DNA of 64,000 bases from an uncultured Planctomycetaceae bacterium (GTDB lineage: Bacteria; Planctomycetota; Planctomycetia; Planctomycetales; Planctomycetaceae). The stretch spans positions 320,001 through 384,000 of the forward strand of contig CAWFGE010000015.1 in the NCBI GenBank assembly GCA_963815195.1, given 5' to 3'. The notes beneath the pieces are model-generated. The model ran no database searches, was not told the DNA's origin, and saw nothing but the letters and a program-made list of their open reading frames with translations. Of this stretch, positions 18,915 through 30,940 are shown piece by piece. The position numbers were made by a program, and so were the translations under genes. How positions within the stretch are numbered: position 1 is the first letter of the stretch; every line of letters starts with the position of its first letter.

Positions 18915-21178
18915 ATGAAACGCGACAGCGAAAATCCCAAGCCATTGATTGCATTCGGCCCCAAGGTTCCTGGGGCGGGGTCGTGGGAGTGGTTGGGTGA
19001 AGATCTGGCCCGTGGTCTGTCGGAGACATTTGAAACGGCCACGTTTGGCTACGAGGTGCCGGATTGCGATGTAGTCGTGTTTATCAAGTATCTTCCTCCC
19101 GTTTCGGTTTTGCGGGAGATCTCCGAACGGACCGCCGTTGTCTATTGTCCCGTGGATGTGTATGGCAGTGCGGCCGAAATTGATGCGGATGAGGGTTTGT
19201 CATGGTGCGATCGGATTGTTGTCCATTGCGCAAAACTTGCCAAATACACGCGGTCGTATGCTCCCACCATTTCGATGGATCACCACTTGAAATTCGCGGC
19301 ACCGATCCGAACAGGTTTCGTTGCTGAAGGGCCATTATTATGGGTGGGAGTGCGGACCAATTTGCCGCCCGTGGTTGACTGGTTGGCGAAACAGCGATGG
19401 AAGGATGAGATCTGGATTCTCACCAATCCGGAACAACCGGACGATCTTCACTCCCCAAAGCGTTTGGGGTTGCCGGAGGGGCTCTCATTTCGGTTGGGGG
19501 AATGGACGCCGGAAAGACATGCCAAGTGGATTGCCGAAGCTCGGGCGGTCTTCGACGTCAAGGGCGCGATTTTCGCTCCCGCCACAAGCCGGCGGCCAAA
19601 GCGATGGACTTTCTGGCGTCGGGCCTGCCCTTGGCAATGAACCGCGATTGCAGTTCCGTGGAAGCGATCCAAGGCCTGGGTTTTGAGATTGCGTCCCTTG
19701 ATCACCGTGAGCATTGGCTTTCCGAGGACTATTGGGAACAAACCCGTTCCTTCGCAACACCATTAAGAGAGCGTTTTTCGCTGTCTCAGATGATCCCCGC
19801 CTGGAGTCAACTCTTACGGGATGTTATTGAAGAAAAGAGAACATCCTCGGTCACCATTCGAAACCAACTTGCGGTTTCATCGCGTTTTGCCCCTGGAAAT
19901 GGAACCACCGTTTTCCCATCGGTCAAGTCCTCACGACGGACGCGGGTGGCGATTGTCAGCCTGCTATTCAATTGGCCGTCCACGGGCGGCGGCACAATTC
20001 ATACGTTGGAAACGGCCCGTTTTTTACAGCGGGCGGGTTATCAAGTGAGCCACTTCTACGTCAAATCCGCCGCGTGGGACGTGGGCCGGATGGACGAACC
20101 GCTCGACTATTCCACACAACCCATTTTGTGGGAACCCTCTGAGGACGGTCTGGCCCAATTGCAGCGCCAATTGCGAAAGGGCATCGAGACGTTCGCTCCG
20201 GATTTTGTCATTCTGACGGATAGTTGGACCATGAAACCGCGTTTGGCCGAAGCGGTCGAGGGTTATCGCTTCTTTCTGCGGTTGGCGGCCCAGGAATGTT
20301 TGTGCCCCCTCAACAATGTGCGAATGCTGGTGGACGACCAGGGTCGCATCAGCCGTTGCCCGCGGCACCAATTGGCCACCCCCCAGATTTGCCGGGATTG
20401 CATAACCGCGCGGGAAGGACTTTCCGGAGTGCTCCATCAACGGGAACGGGAATTGGCCGGTTTCGGCACTCCCGAGTATGATCGGGCACTCCGATGGTCC
20501 TTTTCGACAGCCGAAGCGGTTCTCGTCGTCAATCCGCTGATCGAAGCCATGGTTTCCCCATTCGCCAAACGAACCCGCGTGGTCCCCAGCGGGTTTGACC
20601 CGGATCGCTTTCCCTGGCCATGGCCGGAAGAACAACAGACGCGGGACAACGAGCGCATCAAGATTCTGTTCGCAGGTCTGCCGCAGGAACTGATGAAGGG
20701 CTTTCCGATCCTGCATGCTGCGTGTGAAAGACTGTGGGAAATCCGGCAGGATTTTGAATTGTGGATCACCGACGATCCGGTCGGGCAACGCGATCACTTT
20801 ACAAAGGCCATCGGCTGGCAATCTCAAGCGGACTTACCCCAAGTGCTCCGGCAATCTGACCTGTTGGTGTTTCCGACCGTGGCGGAGGAAGCGCTGGGAC
20901 GCACGGCTGTGGAGGCCATGGCCGTAGGCCGCCCCGTGGTGGCCAGTCGGATCGGCGGGCTTCCCTGGACGATTTCGGATGGGGGGACGGGTCTACTCTT
21001 TGAACCGGGGAACGCGGTCGATTTGGCAGAAAAACTGACCCAACTGCTCGATGATCCGGTACTCCGGGAGCAACTGGGCCGAAATGGACGACAACGGTTT
21101 GAAACCGAATTTGTTTGGAAAGCGATCGTGGATCGGCATTATCGACCGCTTTTGGGAGAGCCGGTCCGAACTGGCTAA
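18915..21178 (+). CDS. Two-domain GT-B glycosyltransferase (C-terminal GT4), frameshift at ~19565
   Basis: N-domain ends with KPAAKAMDFLASGLP. C-domain has PSTGGG, KGFPIL and EEALGRTAVEAMAVGRPVVASRIGG. Confidence 0.8.
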
Positions 21179-21204
21179 ACTCCTTTGAAAGAAGGTTATA
21201 ACGA

Positions 21205-24200
21205 ATGAGCATTCGTCGCATAGCCGTCGTGTTCGATAATACCCGCCGTCCAGAAACTACGGGCTTTTATTGCCGCCGAGCCCTGGCCGAACTTGTCGGT
21301 CTGGGGAAACTTGCGGACGTGGAGCACCTTCTACCGGAGGAACTCGACCGAGTTCAAAGGGGCGAGTTTGATCTGTTTTTGGCGATCGATGATGGCTTGT
21401 CCTATCCGTGGCCCAAGCCACTACGCCCCACCGCATGGTGGGCGATCGATACGCATCTGGATTTCTCGCGGACACTCGAACGGGGTTGGCAGAGTGACTT
21501 TGTGTTTGCCGCTCAACGCAACGGAGCCGAGCGTCTCAGGCGGGAGGGAATTTCCGATGCGGCATGGTTGCCGCTCGCCTGCGACCCGAGGATTCATCAA
21601 CGACATGACGTCCCGCAGCAATTCGACATCGCATTCGTGGGGCATGAAATCCCGGGGGAGAGAACAAGACTGCTCGATCTGATCCGCGATCACTTTCCGA
21701 ATCATTTCATCGGTCAAAAGTACCGGAAGGCGATGGCAGCCACCTATTCCTCGGGCCGGATGGGATTCAACCGCAGCGTGAAAGATGACATCAATATGCG
21801 GGTGTTTGAAGTACCCGCCTGTGGGGCGTTCCTGCTCACGAACGATCTGGCGGAGAACGGTCAATTGGAATTGCTCATCCCCGGGCAACACATCGAGACT
21901 TACGGGTCTGATGAGGAATTGCTGGACAAAGCGCGATTTTATCTCACCAACGATGAGCAGCGAGAGCGAATCGCGCGGGCGGGGTCGTGCACGTCCGATC
22001 TTGCCACACCTACCGGCACCGGATAGACACACTGCTTCATCGGGTGGAAAATTCCGACAAATCCCCGTTCGTTTCCGTGCCGGAGTGTATTCCTTCGAAG
22101 AAAGCCCCTTCCTCCCCGCAAAGGAAAGATCCTCTCTATTTTGAGTTTTCGCGGCCGGAGATTTTGGAGTTGATTCCTCGCACCGCTCAGCGGGTGCTGG
22201 ACGTGGGATGCGGAGCGGGTCGATTGGGAGAAGCTCTCAAACAGAGACAAAACGTCGAGGTGATTGGAATCGAGCGAAATCCCGCGGCAGCCATGAGTGC
22301 GCGGAATGTGTTGGATGCTGTCTCTGAGATCGATCTCACCGAGGATCCGGCAGAGTATCCCTCCGGTCCGTTCGACGTGATTGTGTGCGCGGATATTCTG
22401 GAACATCTTCCGCAACCACGTTCCGCGCTTGAAAGACTGCGAAGCCTTTTGGCTCCGGATGGGATCTTGGTGGCCAGTCTGCCGAATGTGCAGCATCATT
22501 CGGTGGTGCGTTCGCTCCTCGCCGGAAATTTCACGTATGAGCCGGCCGGCATTTTGGACGAGGACCACAAGCGATTTTTCACCCGCCGGGAAATGGAAAA
22601 ACTCTTTTACCGTGCCGGGTTGACTGTGGAACATGTCCGGTTTGCCCCGGATGCAGCGCATCAACAGTGGCTATCGGAGGGGCGACCGCCCACGTTGCAG
22701 TTGGGATCGCTCCAGATCCAAAGCGAAAGCCCTGACGAGATTGAACCGTTTTATGTTTACCAGTATTTGCTGGTTGCAAGACCAACTCCACCGCCGGCGT
22801 GGGGCCTGACTTCGATCATCCTGGTCACCCATAATCAATGGGACTACACGCGGCTGTGCCTGGAAAGCTTGCGGTTTGTCACCGATGAACCCTATGAACT
22901 GATTGTCGTCGACAATGCCTCCACGGATCAGACGTTGCCTTGGCTCCGCTCCCAGCCGGACATCCGCTTGATCGAGAACCCGGAGAATCGCGGCTATCCG
23001 GCGGCGGTCAACCAGGGTCTGGCCGTTGCCCAGGGGAAACAAATCCTCCTGCTCAATAACGATACCCTGCTGACAACGGGCTGGCTCGGGCGATTATTGG
23101 AAGCCCTGCATTGCGATTCCCGGATCGGGTTGGCCGGGCCGTGTTCCAATCACGTGAGCGGTCCTCAACAGATTGCCGTCAACTACCAGAGCATCACAGA
23201 ACTCGATGGATTCGCCTGGGATTACACCCGCCGCCAAGCAGTTCGGTCGATGGAGACCAATCGACTTGTGGGATTTTGTTTGCTGATCCGTCGTGAAGTC
23301 GTCGAGCGCATCGGCACGCTGGATGAGCGGTTTGGCATCGGATGCTACGAAGACGATGATTTTTGCCGCCGAGCGATTCAAGCCGGGTTCCGTTGCGTGA
23401 TCGCCCAGGACGCTTTCGTGCATCACTTCGGCAGCCGGACATTTTTGGGAAGCGGGCAGGATCTGGGTCAAATTCTCGAAGCCAACCAAAAAATCTATGA
23501 TGCGAAATGGGAAACCGATTCTCGGCATTCTGCCTCATTGGAACGGGAAGTCTCACATGATCGCCCCCGATTGTCCCTGTGCATGATTGTGCGCGACAAC
23601 GAACAGACGATCCGTCCCTGTTTGGAGAGCATCCGGCCTTGGGTGGATGAGATGATCGTTGTCGATACCGGTTCGACCGATCGCACCCCGAAAATTTGCG
23701 AGGAATTGGGAGCCCGTGTGGAGCATTTTCCCTGGTGCGACGACTTTTCTGCCGCCCGCAACGAATCGCTCCAGTACGCCTCAGGGGAGTGGATTTTCTG
23801 GATGGATTCGGATGACACGATTCCCGTCGAATGCGGACGGAAATTGCGCGAACTCGCCGATGGAGACCACTCCCTGGAGATCTCGGGCTACGTGATGCAG
23901 GTCCATTGCCCTTCCGCCCCAAATACGAGCCCGCAGGATGTCACCATCGTGGATCATGTGAAACTCTTCCGCAACCGCCCCGAATTGCGGTTCGAACATC
24001 GCATCCATGAACAGATCCTGCCCGCCATTCGCCGGAGGGGTGGGAAGGTCGAGTTTACCGACATCTTCGTGGTGCACTCGGGATCTGAGCACACGGAAGA
24101 AGCCCATCAGCGAAAACTGGAACGGGATTTTCGCATTTTGAGATTGGACCTTGCGGAGCGGCCCAATCATCCGTTCGTGCTGTTTAATTTGGGTATGACC

Positions 24201-25199
24201 CATGCGGATGCGGGAAACCATGAGGAGGCGGTCGGCTGTCTGCAGAAGTCCATTGAGGTTTCCTCGCCTGGAGATTCTCATTTGCACAAAGCCTACTCGC
24301 TTTTGGTCGGTTCGCTGACCCGACTGGAGCAGTGGGAGGAGGCCGAATCCCAATGCCGCAGAGGACTCGAGCTGTTTCCCCAGGATACGGAATTATGGTT
24401 CCGCTTCGGGATTGTGCTGCATCATTTGGGGCAGCTTTCGGAGGCGGTCCAAGCCTATCAACGGGTCCTTCATCCCCCAGAGGATCGCTATTTCAATAGC
24501 ATGGATGCCGGGATCGCGAACTACAAAACCCGTCACAATCTTGCACTCGTTTATCAAGAAATGGAAGACTGGTCACGCGCTGAAGCGGAGTGGCGACGGG
24601 TTGTTGCGGATCAACCGACCTATCCCGCTGCTTGGGAGGCGTTGGGTGAACTCCTCTTGAAAACGGGGCGAATGGAGGAGGCGGTACAAATCGGACACGC
24701 CCTGTCCCAACATCCCCGGCTTTTGGACATTGGAACCATGCTGGAGGCAGAACTTTCGGTGCAGCGAGGCGAGGCGGCGGCCGCAGCCGAAATATTAATG
24801 CGGGCGTATGAACGCCGGAGCGATGTGAACGTCTTGCAGAAACTCTGTCGGATTCAGTTTGAATGTTTGGGCCCACTTGCCGCGGAAACGAGCCTGAGCA
24901 AATTGGCTGAACGGGTTCCCGATGATGCTTCCGTTTGGCACAACCTGGGTACCATTCGTCGTCTGCAAGGGCGATTACCGGAAGCCATTGAGAACTACGA
25001 ACGTTCGGTAAAACTACGTGCGCACTCGCCGGACACCCTCGTCGAATTGGCTTCGGCACTTTACGAGCATGGCGGTTTGGATCAAGCCATCATTGCTTGT
25101 AAAAAAGCACTTGAACATTCTGTCAGCCACGCAGGAGCAAAACGACTTCTCCGACAATTGGAAAACACCACGGCAGAAGAAGAGAACTCGTCCGATTAG
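21205..25199 (+). CDS. Multidomain glycosyltransferase: CgeB-like GT-B + SAM methyltransferase + GT2 + GT2 + TPR (frameshift at ~21985)
   Basis: NMRVFEVPACGAFLLT...RIARAG/HTYRHR; VLDVGCGAG; SIILVTHN...LLNND...EDDDFC; SLCMIVRDNE...DDFSAARN...WMDSDD...IHEQ; TPR helices at the C-terminus. Confidence 0.85.
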
Positions 25200-25361
25200 C
25201 GGACGCAGACCGATCGGATGGGACGACGATTTCAATCCCACATCCGGAACCATGTGCTGGTGTTTGGGGATTGGTCTCGAATGCAGGGACACGGTGCAAA
25301 TCGCTTCTGAAGTGAAAAGTCCCGTTTTGGATACGTCCAGCAATCGTTCCCACCTCGACGA

Positions 25362-26087
25362 TTAAAGTTGAATATCGTGGTTTTCCCGTCCGCAGACCGA
25401 GTGTCGGATGCGAAAGAGATTCGGAAGCTCCACCCGTCTCCAACCGCTTGAGGTGAAGTTTCGGATCGTTTTGCGAAAGGCCACATCGCAGGTGCAGCGT
25501 TTCCAGCGAGCGGCCGGCCGTTGCCAACGGGTGTCGCGACAATATCCACCCAGGCGGGCGATCGTCCCACGCACAATCTGGACGCCTCCGATAGCTCTCG
25601 GATAGCGGATGGGTTCGAAGTCCTCAGGTGTCACATCGATGATTCGAGGTGAGCAAGGATCAAGTCGTTCAATGGCGGAATCACCCGACTGATGCGTCTT
25701 CGAAGTCCAGGCGGCGTTGGGAAAGAGCAAATCCTCGGTGGTGGTATCGACCGCAGCTTTAACTGCATCCAAGGTGCCTTCTCGAAAGCACAGATCGCAG
25801 TCGGCAAACCATAACCAATCGGCCCCGGTTTCTTGCGTTGCCAGTTCTCGGCCGATCGCGCGACGAAATAACTGGTTCTTGGGCAGCACGCGAGGATGCC
25901 AGATGATCGATGGAATTTGGTGTGACCGAAAGTAATTCAACACCGCGGTTGTTTCCGGATCCTCATCCGAATAAAACACCGTCATTTTGATGGAGACGTT
26001 TCGCGGAGGAAAGAGAACCAGCGAACTGAGTTGATACGTCAATAATCGCGAGTAACGCCAACAGTGGCTGACAATTTCGAGTTGCAT
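25362..26087 (-). CDS. Putative GT-A glycosyltransferase
   Basis: Start MQLEIVSHCW; RAIGRE...DWLWFADCD (DxD); glycan-cluster context. Confidence 0.65.
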   Translation of the reverse strand: MQLEIVSHCWRYSRLLTYQLSSLVLFPPRNVSIKMTVFYSDEDPETTAVLNYFRSHQIPSIIWHPRVLPKNQLFRRAIGRELATQETGADWLWFADCDLCFREGTLDAVKAAVDTTTEDLLFPNAAWTSKTHQSGDSAIERLDPCSPRIIDVTPEDFEPIRYPRAIGGVQIVRGTIARLGGYCRDTRWQRPAARWKRCTCDVAFRKTIRNFTSSGWRRVELPNLFRIRHSVCGRENHDIQL

Positions 26088-26139
26088 CAAAACCTTCCTA
26101 TCCACACCCGTCCTTGGATGAACCCCGACGCCCATTGTC

Positions 26140-28790
26140 TCATTCCTCAAGAAGCAAATTTGCTTTAAGGTGCTTACGGAGTCGTCCGTCTCCGGCGGGC
26201 GTCCAAGCCTGGATGTGGCCCAAATTTTGGTCATAGACGCTTCGATACTGTTCAATCCAACGATAACCGGACGGTGCTTCACCGTTGCGATTCAGATGGC
26301 GACCCCCATGAAAGTGAATAATTCGAACGTCGGGGGCGTTCGGATTGCCGTAGCGGGGAGAGCAATTGAACCGACCATCGAGAATGACATGGGGGTAATG
26401 AGGGACCAAGAGCTGCATGGCCAATTCATCAGGGATGAAATGTTTCCGACCTTCCTCGGCGACTTGAGACCAGCGTTCGAAAATCCGAGAGTGTCTCGTA
26501 AAGGCGAATACCCCGGTATTGATCGCCGGTCCGAAGGCGAGGGCGGAGGGGACGAGGTCGGGATGGGTGTCCAGCCAGGATCGAATCCGTTTGCTGATCG
26601 TGCGGCCTTGCGATTTCCAGTTGCAAAATTGTGTTGCCATCACGTATTCGGGATTCGGAAATTCCCAAAGCGGAGATAGATCTCCCGCGATGAGCGTATC
26701 GCAATCCAAGTAAACTGTTTCCTCGTAGGGCGTATAATCGCGAAGGCGAGTTTTGAACAAGTAAGACCCTTTCTTGCCGCCCTTGGTTTGGCTGGCATCC
26801 AGCGGGGTGTGTGAGAGATTCAGTGCGCATCGGTTTGAATATGTTCGCAGATGCGGCTCGCTGCTTGATCCGTGGAAACGACGGTGACGGGACCTTCATA
26901 GTATTTTCTGAGGGACGACAAAGAGACCAGAAACCGCACGGCATGCTTGTCACCGGAGAGAAAATACAAGACCCCGCGCATGCCAGAGGCTCGTGGTGAT
27001 GCCGAAGACCGGGAGGCTTCCGCAGGGAGAGAATTTGTTGATGGCTCCTTCAAGAGTTCACGGCAAGTCCTCGCGAGGCGGCGAAATCGGGAAACGTGCT
27101 TCCACCCGCGATGCGACATTTTAGCCCGGACAAAGTAGTCGTTCCGGCGGGCAGCGCAATAAAAAAGGTAGGTGTCCTGCGATGGGACGGGGAGTCGACC
27201 GGGGGCATAGGCCGCCACGGTTTTCGTCCACTGCGTGTTACCGAAGAAACACCAAGAAATAATCCGCGGATGTCGAACGAGACGGCTTCCCGGTTCGTAA
27301 GAAATCGTCAAGCGAGGGTGCTCTTGGAGTTCCGGGACGCTGTCACCCCAATCATCCAATTTCGCCAACGCGTCCGCAGGTTTGGTATAGCCCCAGGGGC
27401 TGGCAATGAAGGCGGGTAGGCGACCTTTGTCATCCGGTGCAAACCAAGCGGGATCAATCCAATCGGATTCCTCCATCGCCACGACGTCGCAATCCAGTTT
27501 CAAGTACCAAGCGGTTTGGATTTCTTCGGCGGCCACCCGAACAAAGGCCGTCAACATTTGCTCGCGTTGAGACTCCGCCTCCGGGAGGCACCATGGGACA
27601 AAGCGAATGTTCGAATGCTGGGAAAGTTTTTCAAGCGGCGTATTCATGGGATCAAATCGATGATCGTGGATGACCACCACGGGAATCCGCTTGATCTCAG
27701 GACGAAACTTCAACCACGTGTCCCAAGTCAATGCCAATTGCTTGCTGGAGTTGTCATCCACAGCAATCAGTAGCGTGAGATTCGCGAGGATCTCTTCGCG
27801 AGGAGGCCCGGAGGGTTTGGGGTTGTTTGGATTTTCCTTCTCCGCATCTTTCAGCCGTTGTTTTCGATCGTACATTCCTGCAGTCAGGATTTGTTGGGGA
27901 ATGATGGCCGTGGCATTGGCCACCGCATCTTCATAGGGAATGTGGGGAAAAACCGTCAAGCCGCTTTTGGGAGTGCAATTGAAGACCTGGAATCCCTCGC
28001 GGTCAAAGTGAGGTTTGAGATGATTTAATCGGACATTGAGGATGCGGTAACTGCTATTATTCCCCCGGACAGCGGCGCGCGAGCGATCCTGGTCGAAAGC
28101 ATAGTTTTGTCGGCCATGAACCATCTTGAAATCGCAGCCTAACAGGTAAACCTGCCTCACGCCCAGATGAAATAGTAATCTCAGCGCGATGTACATCACA
28201 GAACGGGAGCCTTTGTTTCCATAGGCATCCACACGCTCCGAGTGATTCCCCCAATTGAAGGTATCCTCGTACAGCCACTGCTCAGCGCAAAACGCCTCAT
28301 TGCGGCGGTAACCGAAAACCGCCGGCATGTCCCCCACTCGCTCCTGGGAAGGCACGAGTTCCCCTTGGTCGTCTCGCACGATGAATGTTTTCTCCATATG
28401 ACAGAGCGGGACGAACTTGAGAATGCCGGGATCATACCATATGGCGTCCGCGAAGTTGCCTGGATCGTCCACGCTGCACCACAACTGCGGACGGACGACG
28501 GTCGCCGCATTGTTCAGAGCCAATGTCAGGATTCCCCGTTGATTCAATTTGGAAAGATCGTGGTCTTTTAGGGAAGGACCGGAGCACAACAGGAAGGCCG
28601 TGTGGCCTCGGTACATGTCGCCGAGAAAGACATTATGGCCGTCTCGCGTAAACAACATCGGAGGCGTTTGTAAAAACCGCCCGACGGGAAAACCGTCGTG
28701 CTGTTCGCGCACGTGTCGCAGTCGGGCAAAATCTCCCCCGTCACGATTGGGACCGCCTGGGGCACGGCGATAAAGCGGATCAGTGGCCAT
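26140..28790 (-). CDS. Multidomain glycosyltransferase: Maf/DUF115(MptE-like) domain + GT-A domain + GT8-like domain (frameshift at ~26822)
   Basis: AFLLCSGPSL...LALNN...WCSVD...SVMYIALRLLFHLGVRQVYLLGCD; WYLKLDCD; after the frameshift TVYLDCDTL...NTGVF...IIHFHG. Confidence 0.7.
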
Positions 28791-28883
28791 GGTCGTCTCG
28801 TATGAGTTTTTTTGAAGAAGTGAATCAAATGGCGAGGTTTCAATTCCCAAACGAGCGTATGAACCTATAATCAGTAAGTCAAG

Positions 28884-28981
28884 TGTGGTGAACAGAGCAC
28901 ATCACCACATCCCCAAAACACCATTGAAAAGTGTTCGAGTCTGTCTCAAGACCAAATAGAAGATTTGAAATCGGTCTTGAG
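28884..28981. promoter_or_regulatory. Two inverted repeats in a divergent intergenic region (possible operators)
   Basis: TGTGGTGA-N10-TCACCACA (28884-28909) and CTCAAGACC-N19-GGTCTTGAG (28945-28981). Confidence 0.3.
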
Positions 28982-29028
28982 TACCACGGCGAACAATCAG
29001 ATTTCTGATCGTGAAGGAGCCATCGCAC

Positions 29029-29388
29029 GTGTCGCGATATTCAGACATCGTTCTGGACCACTTTTCCAATCCACGCAACTACGGAAAAATCCCCGATGCG
29101 GATTATGTGGGAACGGCCGGCGTTCCCGGCAGAGGACGGTTTCTTGTGCTGTACCTTAAAATGAGTGGGGATCGCATCGGTCAGGTCGGATTCGTGACCC
29201 ACGGGTGCGGCGCGACGATTGCTTCCGGCTCCGTATTGACTGAGCTAATTTCGGATTGTTCGGTGGATGAATGCCGCGAATTGTCCTCGGCGACCCTTCT
29301 AGAGGAACTCCATGGATTGCCTCCCGATAAGGTTTATTGCGCGTCTTTTGCCTTGGCGGCCTTGCGCAACGCGCTCCCAGACGCGTGA
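29029..29388 (+). CDS. IscU/NifU_N-like Fe-S scaffold homolog, degenerate ligands
   Basis: YSDIVLDHFSNPRNYG, GCGATIASGS, GLPPDKVYCA; GTG start with upstream GAAGGAG. Confidence 0.8.
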   Translation: MSRYSDIVLDHFSNPRNYGKIPDADYVGTAGVPGRGRFLVLYLKMSGDRIGQVGFVTHGCGATIASGSVLTELISDCSVDECRELSSATLLEELHGLPPDKVYCASFALAALRNALPDA

Positions 29389-29453
29389 ATCATTAGAGAA
29401 TAAACCGGGGTTTGGATATCCGGATAATGTCCCGCACATGGGAGTCGAATTTG

Positions 29454-30188
29454 ATGAAACGAGCGATTGTTTATGTATTGTTTGGAGACCAGTCCGATCC
29501 AAATTCTCGCGTCCACAAAATCTTGCGCAAAGTTTCGAAAGCCAGTCAGTGGAAAGGGAGTTTGGGGCATCCCATCGTGTTCGTATTTGGCGAAGAGAAC
29601 CTGACAGCCGTTCAATCTCAGGGATTTGAAGCCCGTTTGGTTGACGCTCGACCGCTCGTCCCTCACAACTCGGACCCAGAAATCCGATGCTCGACGTGGA
29701 TCCATAAGCCCTTAGGCTGGTCTGCCGCGCTTCAGGAATTCGATGAGTTGATTGCCTTAGATTGGGATATTCGCCCGGCACGAAGAATTGAATTGGATAA
29801 CTTGTTTGGACGTCTGGGAGAAAAATCCTTTCTCCAGGCAAATCTCCTTCAATACCGGCACGTCAAAGCTCTCTACCGAAAGCAGATGATCGGTTCTATT
29901 TCCAACCCAGCGATCCGGGCGATTCCCTCTGCAGCCTTTGTCTATCTGCGAGGCCACGATGGACAACACGCCATCGAACGCATTCTTCACTTGATGGAGC
30001 GGTTCCCCTCCATGACGGAGGAGCAAGCGATGGCTCGCTTTGTGGATGAACTTTATGGAGGATGGAAAGGAATCGAAAACTGGTGGCAGCATCATGAGCC
30101 ATATTGCTGCGGTATGCCACAACAACGTGAAGCCGTTTCGACCGGTGGCCGCACCCCGCGTGAGAAAGAACATCTTTTCCTTTATTGA
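29454..30188 (+). CDS. Hypothetical protein, possible GT-A glycosyltransferase
   Basis: MKRAIVYVLFG...K...LIALDWDI (DxD after a beta strand); glycan-cluster context. Confidence 0.5.
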   Translation: MKRAIVYVLFGDQSDPNSRVHKILRKVSKASQWKGSLGHPIVFVFGEENLTAVQSQGFEARLVDARPLVPHNSDPEIRCSTWIHKPLGWSAALQEFDELIALDWDIRPARRIELDNLFGRLGEKSFLQANLLQYRHVKALYRKQMIGSISNPAIRAIPSAAFVYLRGHDGQHAIERILHLMERFPSMTEEQAMARFVDELYGGWKGIENWWQHHEPYCCGMPQQREAVSTGGRTPREKEHLFLY

Positions 30189-30940
30189 TTACGGCAATCT
30201 CACTCGGTTGGCCTGTAACGTTTTGAGGATTTTATGGAACCCAATCGAGCAGGTGTTTCTTCCGGCGTCAAATATTGAGGAGTGCAGTTCCACCTTCGTC
30301 TGATGGTCTCCACTCAAGAGCCTGTTCACCCCGTGTTTATCGCCCTCGACATGTTTTAACGGGCATTTCGGGCTCAATCCCCTGTCTGACGAGTGTTCAT
30401 CTAAATTCAGGCAAAAAACGTGGCAATATACATAGGGGATCGCTTAACTCTCAGCCCACCAAATCGAGAGCAATTCCAACTTCGTTACTGAGGAAGGAAA
30501 GAGCAAAATCTCCCCACCACCAGCAACGACGTGCTTGGGTTTTTTGGTCTTTTGGCTTGTTGAGTTGAGAGGAGAAATGCTGTGTCACAATCACGGGATT
30601 CGAAACATGAAAATGAGAAAACAAAACGATTCGAATTGGCAAAGCTCGTGGGGCTTTTACTGGGACGAGCTTGGATCAAGGGAGGAGATCGAAACAAGCA
30701 GTCCAAGTAACGCCACGATCTTCTTCTTTCCGGATTGGGCTTGCCAATCCGCATCCAATCATTTCAGAATAATCTGAACCATTTGACGATTCACCCATTT
30801 TTTAGGAACAATCGAACCATCACTTGCGATCCTTATCGAGATTGAAGTACAAAGGGAATCAAATCCGAGAAAAAGTGAAATCCGATTTGATCGCCCACAC
30901 CATGTTTCTTTCTTGATTGCCCAACCCGTCGGAAAACGAT

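Noticed and set aside
18682..19029. 116-aa N-terminal extension of KdsB in the ORF track
   Set aside because: It overlaps the divergent GT gene. KdsB similarity starts at MVTVGIIPAR (18681).
30189..30940. Short ORFs in the AT-rich gap
   Set aside because: No motifs, consistent RBS or convincing coding pattern.
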